Source: an uncultured Chloroflexia bacterium (lineage in GTDB: Bacteria; Chloroflexota; Limnocylindria; Limnocylindrales; CSP1-4). From it: 64,000 nt of DNA. The position numbers and the translations under genes were made by a program. Below, piece by piece: positions 1-9,552 of the stretch (position 1 is its first letter; each line of letters starts with the position of its first letter). The notes under the pieces were generated by a model, which saw only the letters and a list, made by a program, of their open reading frames with translations, was not told the origin of the DNA and searched no databases. The stretch covers positions 192,001 to 256,000 of the forward strand of contig CAVYBU010000030.1 in the NCBI GenBank assembly GCA_963766735.1. Reading direction: 5' to 3'.

Positions 1-1
1 G

Positions 2-817
2 GACGGGAAGATCCGGATGGACCCGTCGTCGCCGTTCGCGATGGCGCGGCTCGTGGAGCTGCGGGACCGCTTCGACCTGGCGCTTGCCAACGACGCGGAC
101 GCGGACCGCCACGGGATCGTGGTGCCGGGTGCCGGGCTCATGAACCCGAACCACGTGCTGGCGTCCGCGATCTCCTACCTGTTCGGTGGGGGGCGCGCCT
201 GGGGCGATGACGTCGCCGTCGGCAAGACGCTCGTCTCGTCATCGATGATCGACCGCGTCGTGGCCGACCTCGGGCGCCGCCTCGTGGAGGTGCCGGTCGG
301 GTTCAAGTGGTTCGTGGACGGGCTGGTGGACGGGTCCATCGGCTTCGGCGGCGAGGAGAGCGCCGGGGCCTCGTTCCTGCGCCGCGACGGCAGCGTCTGG
401 ACGACCGACAAGGATGGGCTCATCGCCTGCCTGCTGGCCGCGGAGCTGACGGCGCGCCTGGGCCGGAACCCGGCGGAGGTCTACGCCGGGCTGACAGCCC
501 GCTTCGGAGCGCCCGCCTATCGGCGGATCGACGCGCCGGCGACGCCCGAGGTGAAGGCGGCCCTCGGCCGGCTGTCGCCCGCCGCCGTGACCGCGACCAC
601 GCTGGCCGGCGATCCCATCACTGCCCGCCTCACCCGGGCGCCCGGCAACGACGCACCCATCGGTGGGCTCAAGGTGGTGAGCACCGAGGGCTGGTTCGCC
701 GCCCGCCCGTCCGGGACCGAGAACGTGACCAAGCTGTACGCGGAGAGCTTCCGCGGCGCGGAGCACCTGGGCCTGATCCTGGACGAGGCGCGCGCGATGG
801 TCGACGCCGCGGTCTGA
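2..817 (+). CDS. pgm: phosphoglucomutase (alpha-D-glucose phosphate-specific), 5'-truncated by window edge
   Basis: Motifs [19 protein letters not shown] (metal-binding), GFKWFV, GGEESAG and [10 protein letters not shown]. Confidence 0.95.
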   Translation, partial: DGKIRMDPSSPFAMARLVELRDRFDLALANDADADRHGIVVPGAGLMNPNHVLASAISYLFGGGRAWGDDVAVGKTLVSSSMIDRVVADLGRRLVEVPVGFKWFVDGLVDGSIGFGGEESAGASFLRRDGSVWTTDKDGLIACLLAAELTARLGRNPAEVYAGLTARFGAPAYRRIDAPATPEVKAALGRLSPAAVTATTLAGDPITARLTRAPGNDAPIGGLKVVSTEGWFAARPSGTENVTKLYAESFRGAEHLGLILDEARAMVDAAV

Positions 818-943
818 CGGCCCGGCCGTTACCCCAATCGGGTGGTACCGCCCATGACCGTTTCGCCGCTCGCGCTGGCACGCCGCGTCGGCGAGGATGG
901 GGGTCGGTCCGTCCCGTGCTCGGGCGGCCTTCGAGGAGATCGC

Positions 944-1477
944 GTGCCGGCATCAACCACAACCCTCGTCTGCCTCCAGTGCGGCACCGCCGCCAGCCGC
1001 GCCGGGGCGCAGATCTGCCGCCGCTGCGGCCTGCGCTTCGGCGATGCCCCGCCGGAGTTCGCCCGCCTCGCGACGTGCCCGGTCTGCTACCGCACGACCG
1101 ATGCGGACGGCCGCCTCCCGTCGCTGGGCCAGCCGGGCCGCCGCCTCGACATCAGCGCCCACATGGACGAGCACGACCGCTTCCCCGTGGGTGACGACAC
1201 CTGGCTCGAGACCCTGCGCGAGCACGACAGGATTCGCATCGGACGCTGGACCGCACCCTACGATCTTGTGCGCCGGTACCTTGTCACGGGGGCGGTGGAC
1301 GCCGGGCGCAACCGACTGGCGCAGCACAACGCGATCGTGACTGCGATGACCCAGATACAGCGATGGGGCCGCGATCCGGAGATCCTGGGTGACCAGGAGG
1401 CGTGGCGGCTCGCGCGCGATGCGGTCGCACAGCTGATGGATCGCTATCACCGGCCGCGCGTGGGGCTCGCAGGCTAG
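944..1477 (+). CDS. hypothetical protein with double zinc ribbon plus C2H2-like motif
   Basis: CLQC..CRRC, then CPVC...HMDEH; GTG at 944 follows GAGGAG and is in frame with ORF 842..1477. Confidence 0.65.
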   Translation: MPASTTTLVCLQCGTAASRAGAQICRRCGLRFGDAPPEFARLATCPVCYRTTDADGRLPSLGQPGRRLDISAHMDEHDRFPVGDDTWLETLREHDRIRIGRWTAPYDLVRRYLVTGAVDAGRNRLAQHNAIVTAMTQIQRWGRDPEILGDQEAWRLARDAVAQLMDRYHRPRVGLAG

Positions 1478-1540
1478 GGGCTCGCAGGCCAGGGGCTCGC
1501 AGGGTCGAGCGCGGCCAGGGGCTCGCAGGGTCGAGCGCGC
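1462..1540 (+). repeat. short tandem repeat, 4x GGGGCTCGCAGG core (two 15-bp units, then two longer ~23-26-bp units)
   Basis: Read directly at 1462, 1477, 1492 and 1518; overlaps the stop codon of the upstream CDS. Confidence 0.85.
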
Positions 1541-1652
1541 CGCCGATCGCGATTGCCGGGTAGGATCGAGCGAGTCGACGACCGCCACGCGGCCGGTCGA
1601 CCTTCTGCCCGCGCCGTGACAGCGCCGGGCCGCATCGATACGGAGCCAGATC

Positions 1653-2138
1653 GTGATGATCCATCCCACCACCTCGTCCGCGACCGCCGGTGTTCGCCGG
1701 GCCGGCCTCCTCGCCGGCCTCCTCGCGGTCCTTGCCCTCGCAGCCGCCGCATGCGGATCAGGCGGAGCCGTCGCAACCACCGCACCCGTGGCTTCGGCTC
1801 CCGTTGCCGGCGCCCCGGCCGCCCTCGCCGCGGAGGTGAGCGTCGACGAGGCGTCCCAACTGCGCGACGCCGGTGCCTTCATGCTGGACGTCCGTGAGCC
1901 CGACGAGTGGGCCGCCGGCCACATCGAGGGCGCGACGCTCATCCCGTTGGGCGAGCTTGCCAACCGTGTCGCCGAGGTGCCGGCCGACCGCCAGGTCGTG
2001 GTGGTCTGCCGCTCGGGCAACCGTTCTGCGCAGGGCCGCGACATCCTGCTCGGCGCGGGACTGCCCTCGGTCACCAGCATGGCCGGCGGCATGAACGACT
2101 GGTCGGGATCGGGCAAGCCGGTGGTCACCGGCCAGTAG
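1653..2138 (+). CDS. rhodanese-like domain lipoprotein
   Basis: Lipobox AAAC-G; DVREPDEW..GHIEGA; active-site loop CRSGNRS. Confidence 0.9.
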   Translation: MMIHPTTSSATAGVRRAGLLAGLLAVLALAAAACGSGGAVATTAPVASAPVAGAPAALAAEVSVDEASQLRDAGAFMLDVREPDEWAAGHIEGATLIPLGELANRVAEVPADRQVVVVCRSGNRSAQGRDILLGAGLPSVTSMAGGMNDWSGSGKPVVTGQ

Positions 2139-2235
2139 CGCAGCCGGGCCAGCCGGGCACAGCCGAGCCGGCACGCCCGGGCCGGCAGCGCGCGGTCGAG
2201 GCCGCCTCCCGGCCCCGAGGCCCGCCCCAGCTCGG

Positions 2236-3234
2236 TCAGGCCTCCGCCGTCCCGGTCTCCTGGACCGTCGTCGGGGCTCCATGCACGGCTGGGATCTGAC
2301 CCAGGCGCCCGGCCTGGTAGTCCTCGAAGGCCTGCATGACCTCCTCGCGCGTGTTCATCACGAACGGGCCCGCCCACGCGACCGGCTCCCGGATGGGGCG
2401 GCCGCCCAGGACCAGGATGTCCAGGTTGGGGGAGCGGCTTTCCTGGACGGGGTCCGCGGTGAAGGTGAGCGTGTTGCCGGGCCCGAAGACCGCGAGCTGG
2501 CCGAGGCGCGCCGGCCGGCCCTCGGCGCCGACCGAGCCGGCTCCCGCCAGCACGTAGGCCAGGGCGTTGTAGTCGCCACGCCACGGCAGCTGCACGGTGG
2601 CGCCCGGGGCGAGGGTCATGTGGACGAGCGTCATCGGCGTGTAGGTGGACCCCGGACCCGCGTGCCCCGCGACCTCTCCCGCGATGACGCGAACGAGCGC
2701 CCCGCCGTCGTGTGAGGAGAGCAGCGACACCTCGCCGGCCCGGATGTCCTGGTAGCGCGGAGCGGCGAGCTTCTGGGCCCGCGGCAGGTTCACCCACAGC
2801 TGGAAGCCGTGAAACAGGCCGCCCTGGGCGACCAGCCACTCCGGCGGCTTCTCGATGTGCAGGATCCCGGCACCGGCCGTCATCCACTGGGTGTCGCCGT
2901 TGGTGATGACGCCGCCACCGCCGTTCGAGTCCGCGTGCTCGAACACGCCGTCGAGGATGTAGGTCACCGTCTCGAACCCGCGATGCGGGTGCCACGGCGT
3001 GCCCTTGGCCTCGCCGGGTGCGTACTCGACCTCGCCCATCTGGTCCAGGTGGATGAACGGGTCCAGGTCCTCCAGCAGGGCGCCGGCGAAGGCGCGGCGG
3101 ACGGGGAACCCCTCCCCCTCGTAGCCGAGTGGGGCGGTGGTCAGCGTGCGGACCTGCCGCTGGCGGGCGGTCATCGGGTCCGGGACGGGGAGGCGGGGGA
3201 GGATCGTGATGTCGTCGACGGTGATTGCCGGCAT
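2236..3234 (-). CDS. pirin family protein
   Basis: DPFIHLD, WHPHRGFETVTY, QWMTAGAGILHIE, FQLWVNLP and GPFVMNT; start placed at MPAIT (3234). Confidence 0.95.
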   Translation of the reverse strand: MPAITVDDITILPRLPVPDPMTARQRQVRTLTTAPLGYEGEGFPVRRAFAGALLEDLDPFIHLDQMGEVEYAPGEAKGTPWHPHRGFETVTYILDGVFEHADSNGGGGVITNGDTQWMTAGAGILHIEKPPEWLVAQGGLFHGFQLWVNLPRAQKLAAPRYQDIRAGEVSLLSSHDGGALVRVIAGEVAGHAGPGSTYTPMTLVHMTLAPGATVQLPWRGDYNALAYVLAGAGSVGAEGRPARLGQLAVFGPGNTLTFTADPVQESRSPNLDILVLGGRPIREPVAWAGPFVMNTREEVMQAFEDYQAGRLGQIPAVHGAPTTVQETGTAEA

Positions 3235-3272
3235 GGGACGTCCGCTCGTTCTGCCGATCCCGGGGCGGGATC

Positions 3273-3335
3273 GTTGCACGTGCAACTATCTCATGCCCCG
3301 GCGCGCCTGTCAACCGGCGTCGACGCCGGTTGACA
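3273..3335 (-). promoter_or_regulatory. sigma70-like promoter of pirin with overlapping palindromic operator
   Basis: Minus strand TTGACA (3313-3308), 17 bp, GATAGT (3290-3285); perfect palindromes GTTGCACGTGCAAC (3273-3286) and 28-bp TGTCAACCGGCGTCGACGCCGGTTGACA (3308-3335). Confidence 0.6.
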
Positions 3336-3996
3336 ACCCCGGCGAGCGTGAGCGCTGCGACGGCATGCGAAGGATGGCGAACTGGTAGGGCCAGTCGTTG
3401 CCCGGGATGTCCCACGTTTCGAAACGCTCGATTGCGCCGTGCCGCTCGAGGATCTCGCGGAGGACCGGATGACTGCGGCGGCTGAAGAAGCGCTTCGGCT
3501 CGATCGTGTCGTCCTCGTTGATCGCCTCCTCGTCCGGGCCGCCCCAGAGGCCGATCGCGAGCGGCGCTCCGAGCACGAGGACACGCGCTATCTCGTCGAG
3601 GGCGGCGTCGATGCGGTTGTTGGGGACGTGCAGCAGGGTGCTCATCGTCCAGCCGGCCGCGAACGCACCGTCCTCGAACGGGAGCTCGAAGACGGAGGCG
3701 AGGCGGGTGTCGATGCCGCGCTCGCGGCAGATGCGGACGTGCTCGGGCGAGAGATCGATGCCGGCGACGGTGAGGCCGGCGGCCAGAAACGCCGCGGCGT
3801 CGTGGCCGGCGCCGGCGCCGACCTCGACGAGCGTGGTGCGGCCCTCGGAGCGCAGCTGGGCGAGAAAGTCGTCGCGCGCGGTCTCGCGCCACGACCCACC
3901 GCTGCCGCGCTCAAGGCGGCGCGGAGCCTGCTGGTCGTAGAAGGCGGCGAGATCGGATTCGAGGCGATGTCGGTCGGGCAGCAAGGCGCCTTCCAT
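3310..3996 (-). CDS. class I SAM-dependent methyltransferase
   Basis: Motif I VEVGAGAGHD; GIDLS; LPF; LLHVP. Start uncertain (MEGALL at 3996). Confidence 0.85.
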   Translation of the reverse strand: MEGALLPDRHRLESDLAAFYDQQAPRRLERGSGGSWRETARDDFLAQLRSEGRTTLVEVGAGAGHDAAAFLAAGLTVAGIDLSPEHVRICRERGIDTRLASVFELPFEDGAFAAGWTMSTLLHVPNNRIDAALDEIARVLVLGAPLAIGLWGGPDEEAINEDDTIEPKRFFSRRSHPVLREILERHGAIERFETWDIPGNDWPYQFAILRMPSQRSRSPGLSTGVDAG

Positions 3997-4061
3997 CGGC
4001 GGCGTGATCGGCGTACGCGACTTCGTGGGATGGTAGCGGCTGGGTCGAGCGCGGTGCGATT

Positions 4062-7000
4062 GTGAGGTCGGGACTCGACGGGCGTGGCCGTGCCGGAGGG
4101 TGGACCCCAGGGGTGGCGCGCGGACCCCACGTCCCCGCCCCGGCACCGTACCCTTGGCAGTCGAGCGCCCGCGATCTCGCCGACCTGGAGCCCGCCATCA
4201 CCGCCGTTCACGACCCCGACCTCGCCGATGCCGTCGCGCGCCTTGTCCCGCGCCTGCGACGGTCGCTGCGCGGCGACGTGCACACCGACGCGGTGACCCG
4301 CGCGCTGTATGCCTCGGACGCCTCGAACTACCGGGTGCTGCCGGCCGCGACAGCCGTCCCCCTCGACGCGGACGACCTGGCGACGGTCGTCACGCTCGCG
4401 GCGGAGGCGTCGGTTCCGCTGACGATGCGGGGGGCGGCGACGAGCATCGCCGGGAACGCCATCGGCCCAGGGCTCGTCGTGAACCTGACCCGCCACCTGG
4501 CCGGGATCCTGGAGCTGGACCCGGACGGTGCGACGGCGACGGTCCTGCCGGGGACGGTCCTCGATGACGTCAACCGGGCTGCGGCCGTGCACGGCCTGCG
4601 GGTCGGACCGGATCCCTCCACGCACAGCCGCTGCACGGTCGGCGGGATGCTGGGCAACAACGCCTGCGGGCCCCGCTCGGTCCGCTGGGGGACGATGGCG
4701 GATGCCACCCTGGGTCTCGAGGTCATCACCGTCGATGGCGTACGCCGCCGGGTTGGCGACCTGCGCGGCCCGGCCGCGCTCGCCGGCGCGCCGCTCGACG
4801 CGGCGCTGGAAGAGCGCATCGCGGCGCTCCTCGCCCGCCACGGCGACGACATCCGGAGGGACCTGCCCCCGTGGCCGAGGCGAGTGTCCGGGTACGCGCT
4901 CGACTGGCTGCTCCCCGAGCGCGGCGGCGACGTCGCCCGGGCGCTGGTGGGCAGCGAGGGGACGTGCGCCGTCGTGTCGGCGGCCACGATCCGTCTCGTG
5001 CGGCCGCCGGCGGTGCGGGGCCTCCTGGTGCTCGCCTTCGCTGACGACATCGCCGCCGCCGCCGCGGTCCCGTCGCTGCTGCCCGAGGCGCCGTTCACGG
5101 TCGAGAGCCTCACGGCGGACCTGCTCGCGGGCTGGCGCGATCCGGGGCTGCTGCCGCCCGGCGGGGCATGGCTGCTCGTGGAGGCGGGCGGCGACGATGC
5201 TGCCGCCATGCGGGACCACGCCGCACGCCTGGCGCGCGCGATCGGCACGGTGCCCGGGGCGCCCGACGCGGCTCTCCTCGAGGACGCCGGCGCCCAGTCG
5301 GTCCTGTGGCGGGTCCGCGAGGACGGCGCCGGTCGCGCCGCCCGTCTGCCGGATGGCTCTCCGGCATGGCCGGGGTTCGAGGACGGCGTCGTCCCTCCCC
5401 AGCGCCTCGCCGCCTACCTGGGCGAGCTGCGGGATCTCCTCCGCGCCCACGACCTGCGCGGTGTCACCTACGGCCATTTCGGCGAGGGCTGCATCCACCT
5501 CCGCGTGGGGTTTGGCCTGGATCGGCCCGGCGGCGAAGCGCGCCTTCGCGAGTTCATGGAGGCGGCCGCGGACCTGGTCGTGGCGCACGGCGGTTCGCTG
5601 TCAGGAGAGCACGGCGACGGCCGCGCACGCAGCGAGTTGCTGGGCCGGATGTTCGGGCCGGATCTCCTGGCCGCCTTCCGCGCCTGGAAGACCGCGTGGG
5701 ACCCGGCCAACGTGCTGAACCCCGGCATCCTGGTTGACCCGTTGCCACTGGACCAGGACCTGCGCCGGCCGCGCCCGACGCTGATCCCGCTCGACCCGGT
5801 CTTCGCCTACGAGGCGGACGGCGGCGACCTCCGGGCGGCCGTCGAGCGCTGCATCGGCGTGGGGACGTGCATCTCGCGACAGGGCACCGCCGCGATGTGC
5901 CCCAGCTACCGCGCCACAGGCAAGGAGCGTCACTCCACGCGCGGCCGGGCTCGCCTCCTCCAGGAGATGGTCGCCGGTTCGCTGGCGGTCGATGGCTGGC
6001 GCTCGGAGGCGGTCCGCGACGCCCTGGACCTGTGCCTGTCGTGCCGGGCCTGCGCCACCGACTGCCCCACGGGCGTGGACATGGCGACGTACAAGAGCGA
6101 GTTCCTCGACCACCACTACCGTGGTCGGCTCCGGCCCCGGTCCCACTACTCGCTGGGCTGGCTGCCAACCTGGCTGCGGCTCGTGCACCGCATTCCGGGG
6201 GCCCCGCGGCTGGTCAACGCACTGATGGGGTTTCCGGTCACGCGCCGGGCGTTCGCGCTGGTCGGCGGCATCGCGCGCGAGCGCCGCATCCCGCGCCTCG
6301 CGCCGCGGACGTTCGTGCAGACGTTCGGCCGCTCAACCGGTCGCTCATCGGGCCGCTCAACCGGCCGCCCGAGCCCGACCGGGGAGACGTTCAGCCGCCC
6401 GGGCCCGACGGCGCCCACCGGCGGCCGGGTCGTCCTGTGGCCGGACACGTTCACCAACCACCTCTCCCCGGAGGTGGGGCACGCGGCCGCGCGGGTCCTG
6501 GCCGCGGCGGGGTTCGACGTGCTGGTCCCCGAGAGCCCCGTCTGCTGCGGTCTGACCTGGATCACGACTGGGCAGCTGGACCGCGCACGGGCGGTTCTGC
6601 GGCGGGCCCTGGACGTCCCTGCGCTCGCCGGCGACGATCCGATCGTCGTCCTCGAGCCGTCCTGCGCCGCGACCCTGCGGCATGACCTGGCCGAGCTGCT
6701 CCCCGACGATCCGCGCGCGGCCTCGGTAGCCCGTCGCGTCGCGACGCTGGCGGAGATCCTGGACGGCGCCAGCTGGATTCCGCCCGGCGGCGAGCCGAGC
6801 GCGGCGCTCGTCCAGCCCCACTGCCACCAGCGGGCCGTCCTGGGCACGGAGGCCGACGTGCGCGTCATGGCCCGGGCCGGAATCGAGCCGACCACGGTGC
6901 TGTCCGGCTGCTGCGGTCTCGCCGGCAACTTCGGAGCGGCAGCCGGTCACGAGCGGATCTCACGCGGGGTCGCGGAGCTCGAGCTGCTGCCGGCGCTGCG

Positions 7001-7133
7001 GGCGACCCCCGAGGACACGGTCGTTCTCGCGGACGGGTTCAGCTGTCGGGCCCAGGTCGCATTCCTTGACGGGCGCCGCGCGCGTCACCTGGCCGAGGTC
7101 CTGGCGGACCGGCTCGACCGGGGCCGCGAATAG
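4062..7133 (+). CDS. FAD-binding and Fe-S-binding oxidoreductase (GlcD/GlcF-type fusion, 2-hydroxyacid dehydrogenase-like)
   Basis: YASDASNY, GPDPST..CTVGGM, GHFGEGCIH, SGEHGDG, CLSCRACATDCP and CCG domains; true start probably somewhat downstream. Confidence 0.9.
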   Translation: MRSGLDGRGRAGGWTPGVARGPHVPAPAPYPWQSSARDLADLEPAITAVHDPDLADAVARLVPRLRRSLRGDVHTDAVTRALYASDASNYRVLPAATAVPLDADDLATVVTLAAEASVPLTMRGAATSIAGNAIGPGLVVNLTRHLAGILELDPDGATATVLPGTVLDDVNRAAAVHGLRVGPDPSTHSRCTVGGMLGNNACGPRSVRWGTMADATLGLEVITVDGVRRRVGDLRGPAALAGAPLDAALEERIAALLARHGDDIRRDLPPWPRRVSGYALDWLLPERGGDVARALVGSEGTCAVVSAATIRLVRPPAVRGLLVLAFADDIAAAAAVPSLLPEAPFTVESLTADLLAGWRDPGLLPPGGAWLLVEAGGDDAAAMRDHAARLARAIGTVPGAPDAALLEDAGAQSVLWRVREDGAGRAARLPDGSPAWPGFEDGVVPPQRLAAYLGELRDLLRAHDLRGVTYGHFGEGCIHLRVGFGLDRPGGEARLREFMEAAADLVVAHGGSLSGEHGDGRARSELLGRMFGPDLLAAFRAWKTAWDPANVLNPGILVDPLPLDQDLRRPRPTLIPLDPVFAYEADGGDLRAAVERCIGVGTCISRQGTAAMCPSYRATGKERHSTRGRARLLQEMVAGSLAVDGWRSEAVRDALDLCLSCRACATDCPTGVDMATYKSEFLDHHYRGRLRPRSHYSLGWLPTWLRLVHRIPGAPRLVNALMGFPVTRRAFALVGGIARERRIPRLAPRTFVQTFGRSTGRSSGRSTGRPSPTGETFSRPGPTAPTGGRVVLWPDTFTNHLSPEVGHAAARVLAAAGFDVLVPESPVCCGLTWITTGQLDRARAVLRRALDVPALAGDDPIVVLEPSCAATLRHDLAELLPDDPRAASVARRVATLAEILDGASWIPPGGEPSAALVQPHCHQRAVLGTEADVRVMARAGIEPTTVLSGCCGLAGNFGAAAGHERISRGVAELELLPALRATPEDTVVLADGFSCRAQVAFLDGRRARHLAEVLADRLDRGRE
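6327..6374 (+). repeat. in-frame 12-bp tandem repeat (GRST/GRSS/GRST/GRPS linker)
   Basis: ggccgctcaacc ggtcgctcatcg ggccgctcaacc ggccgcccgagc. Confidence 0.7.
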
Positions 7134-7257
7134 CGGCGGGCAGCGCCGGTTCGCGTGAGTGCTCACACGGTGGAGTAGCATCACCTGGCGATCCCCCCGT
7201 CCGCCACGTGTTGCCAGCCTCGACCAGCCGGAGCGCCGTGCCCCTGGAGGTGACCCC

Positions 7258-8214
7258 GTGACTTCGCCTGGACTGCCTGCCCCCGGAGTCGATGGCCAGC
7301 CTCCGTTTGCCGAGGCGGACGGCTTCGAGCGCGCCGTCATCGATCATCTCTACGACGGCGTCTACTACGTCGATCGTGCGCGCCGGATCCGCTACTGGAA
7401 CGACGGGGCTGAGCGCCTGTCCGGCTACGAGGCCGACGCGGTCATCGGGCGCTTCTGCTACGAGAACCTGCTCAACCACGTGGATGACGCGGGCATCCAG
7501 CTGTGTCGCACCGGGTGTCCACTTGCGGCGACCATGAGCGACGGCGAGCCGCGCGAGGCCGCGGTGTTCCTGCGCCATCGTGGCGGCCATCGCGTCCGGG
7601 TCCGCGTCCGCACTGCGCCCGTCCGTGACCGGGCGGGACAGGTGATCGGGGCCATCGAGATCTTCAACGAGTTGACGGATTTGTCCGCGGCGCGGGAGGA
7701 GGTCTCCGAGTTGCGGGACATCGCGATGCGGGATCCGCTCACGGACCTCCCGAACCGGCGCCACTTCGACATGTCGATCTCGTCCAGGATCGCCGAGCTC
7801 GCAGGCTACGGACGCCGGTTCGGCCTGCTGATCGCGGACATCGACCGGTTCAAGCTGGTCAACGATCAACACGGGCACGCCGCCGGAGACCTGGCCCTCC
7901 GCACGGTTGCAAAGACCCTCCTTGGAGCCTCTCGCGCTACTGATGACATCGCCCGCATCGGCGGTGAGGAGTTCGCCATCACGATCACGGACGGAAGCGA
8001 GGAGGCACTCAAGACCACGGCTGAGCGGTTCCGGATGCTCGTGGAGCGGTCCCTCGTTCGCGTGGACGAGCGGGACCTCCCGGTGACGATCTCGATCGGT
8101 GGCACCATCGCGGTGATCGGCGACAGCGCGAAATCGGTCTTCGAGCGCGCCGACGCGGCAATGTATCGGGCGAAGCGCGGCGGTCGAAACCGGGTGGAGC
8201 TGGACCTCGCCTGA
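7258..8214 (+). CDS. PAS-domain diguanylate cyclase
   Basis: PAS (YWNDGAE), DPLTDLPNRR, DIDRFKLVND, I-site RATD and GGEEF; GTG start after GGAGGT. Confidence 0.92.
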   Translation: MTSPGLPAPGVDGQPPFAEADGFERAVIDHLYDGVYYVDRARRIRYWNDGAERLSGYEADAVIGRFCYENLLNHVDDAGIQLCRTGCPLAATMSDGEPREAAVFLRHRGGHRVRVRVRTAPVRDRAGQVIGAIEIFNELTDLSAAREEVSELRDIAMRDPLTDLPNRRHFDMSISSRIAELAGYGRRFGLLIADIDRFKLVNDQHGHAAGDLALRTVAKTLLGASRATDDIARIGGEEFAITITDGSEEALKTTAERFRMLVERSLVRVDERDLPVTISIGGTIAVIGDSAKSVFERADAAMYRAKRGGRNRVELDLA

Positions 8215-8226
8215 CCAGCGGAGGCC

Positions 8227-9510
8227 CTAGCCCAGCTGGACCTCGCCGCGGAACGCTCCGGGTTCCTCGAGGCGGCGCCGCAGCGAGCCCAGGAACCGGG
8301 CCGCCAGCTCGCCGTCCACCTGGCGGTGGTCGGCCGAGAGCGTCAGCTTCATGATCGACCGGACGGCCATGCCATCCCCGATGGCGACGACCGTGGGGAC
8401 CGCGGAGGCGACCGCGAGGATCGCGGCCTCGCCCGGGTTGATGATCGCGCTGAACTCGTCCACGCCGAACATGCCCAGGTTGGACACCGTGAAGGTGCTC
8501 CCCGTCATCTCGTCCACCGGCAGGGTTCCGCTCCGCGCTCGGACGGCGAGGTCCGCGGCCCGGTCGTGAAGTTCCTCCAGCACCAGGCGATCGGCATCGC
8601 GGATGACCGGCACCACCAGGCCTCCCGGCAGCGAGACCGCCACACCGAGGTGGACGCGCCGGCGTGGCCAGACGGAGACGCCGTCCGAGCGCGAGTTGAC
8701 GTCCGGGAACTCCGCGAGGGTCTGGGCGGTGGCCGAGATGACGAAGTCGGTCACGGTCAGGTTCGTGCCGGCGGCCTTGAGCTCCGCGCGGAGGGCAAGG
8801 AGGCGCGTGACGTCCACGGCGACGGTCACCGTGAAGTGCGGGATGGTGGTCCAGGAGGCGGTGAGCCGGTCGGCGATGACGCGGCGCATCCGGGTGAGCG
8901 GCCGCGGCTCCTCCTCGCCGTCCACGGGCGCGACGGCCATCGAGGCGGCGGGCGAGCTGGCGGGCGCGGCGGCCGGTACGGCGGCAACTCGGGCGGCGAC
9001 GGCCGCCACGACGTCCTTCTCCGTGATCCGGCCCTCGGGTCCGGTGCCGGTGATCGTCCGTGGGTCGAGGCCCGCGTCGGCGGCGGCGCGGCTTGCGCGT
9101 GGACTGATGCGCAGGCGCGGGCCAACGCCCTGAGCCGGGGCCGTTGCCGCAGCCGGAGCTTGGGCCGGGGCCGCAGCCTGGGCCGGGGCCGTTGCCGCAG
9201 CCGGAGCCGCTGCCGCGGCCTGAACCGTCTCGGCCGGTGTCGCCGGCTCCGGTGCTTCCGGGATCGCCTCGCCCGGCTGGCCCACCCAGGCACAGACCTG
9301 GTTGACCGGGATCGTGGCGCCCTCCTGGGCGACGATCCGCAGGAGGACGCCCTCGTCGAAGGCCTCCACCTCCATGGCGGACTTGTCGGTCTCGATCTCG
9401 AACAGCACGTCGCCCCTGGCAACGTGGTCACCCTCGCGCTTGTGCCAGGCGATGACCGTGCACTCCTCGGTCGCCTGCCCCGGCTTCGGCATCAGGATCG
9501 CGTGCGGCAT
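8227..9510 (-). CDS. 2-oxoacid/acetoin dehydrogenase E2 (dihydrolipoamide acyltransferase)
   Basis: Lipoyl motif ETDKS, Ala/Pro linker, E3-binding ISPRA..GTGPEGRI, catalytic DHRQVDG. Confidence 0.93.
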   Translation of the reverse strand: MPHAILMPKPGQATEECTVIAWHKREGDHVARGDVLFEIETDKSAMEVEAFDEGVLLRIVAQEGATIPVNQVCAWVGQPGEAIPEAPEPATPAETVQAAAAAPAAATAPAQAAAPAQAPAAATAPAQGVGPRLRISPRASRAAADAGLDPRTITGTGPEGRITEKDVVAAVAARVAAVPAAAPASSPAASMAVAPVDGEEEPRPLTRMRRVIADRLTASWTTIPHFTVTVAVDVTRLLALRAELKAAGTNLTVTDFVISATAQTLAEFPDVNSRSDGVSVWPRRRVHLGVAVSLPGGLVVPVIRDADRLVLEELHDRAADLAVRARSGTLPVDEMTGSTFTVSNLGMFGVDEFSAIINPGEAAILAVASAVPTVVAIGDGMAVRSIMKLTLSADHRQVDGELAARFLGSLRRRLEEPGAFRGEVQLG

Positions 9511-9552
9511 GGCTCGTGGCCTCCCTGCGTGTCGGTCGTGCCCGGGTCGGGG

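Noticed and set aside
1462-1540. Possible CRISPR array
   Set aside because: The core is only 12 bp, the spacers are 3-14 bp and themselves repeated, and no cas genes are present.
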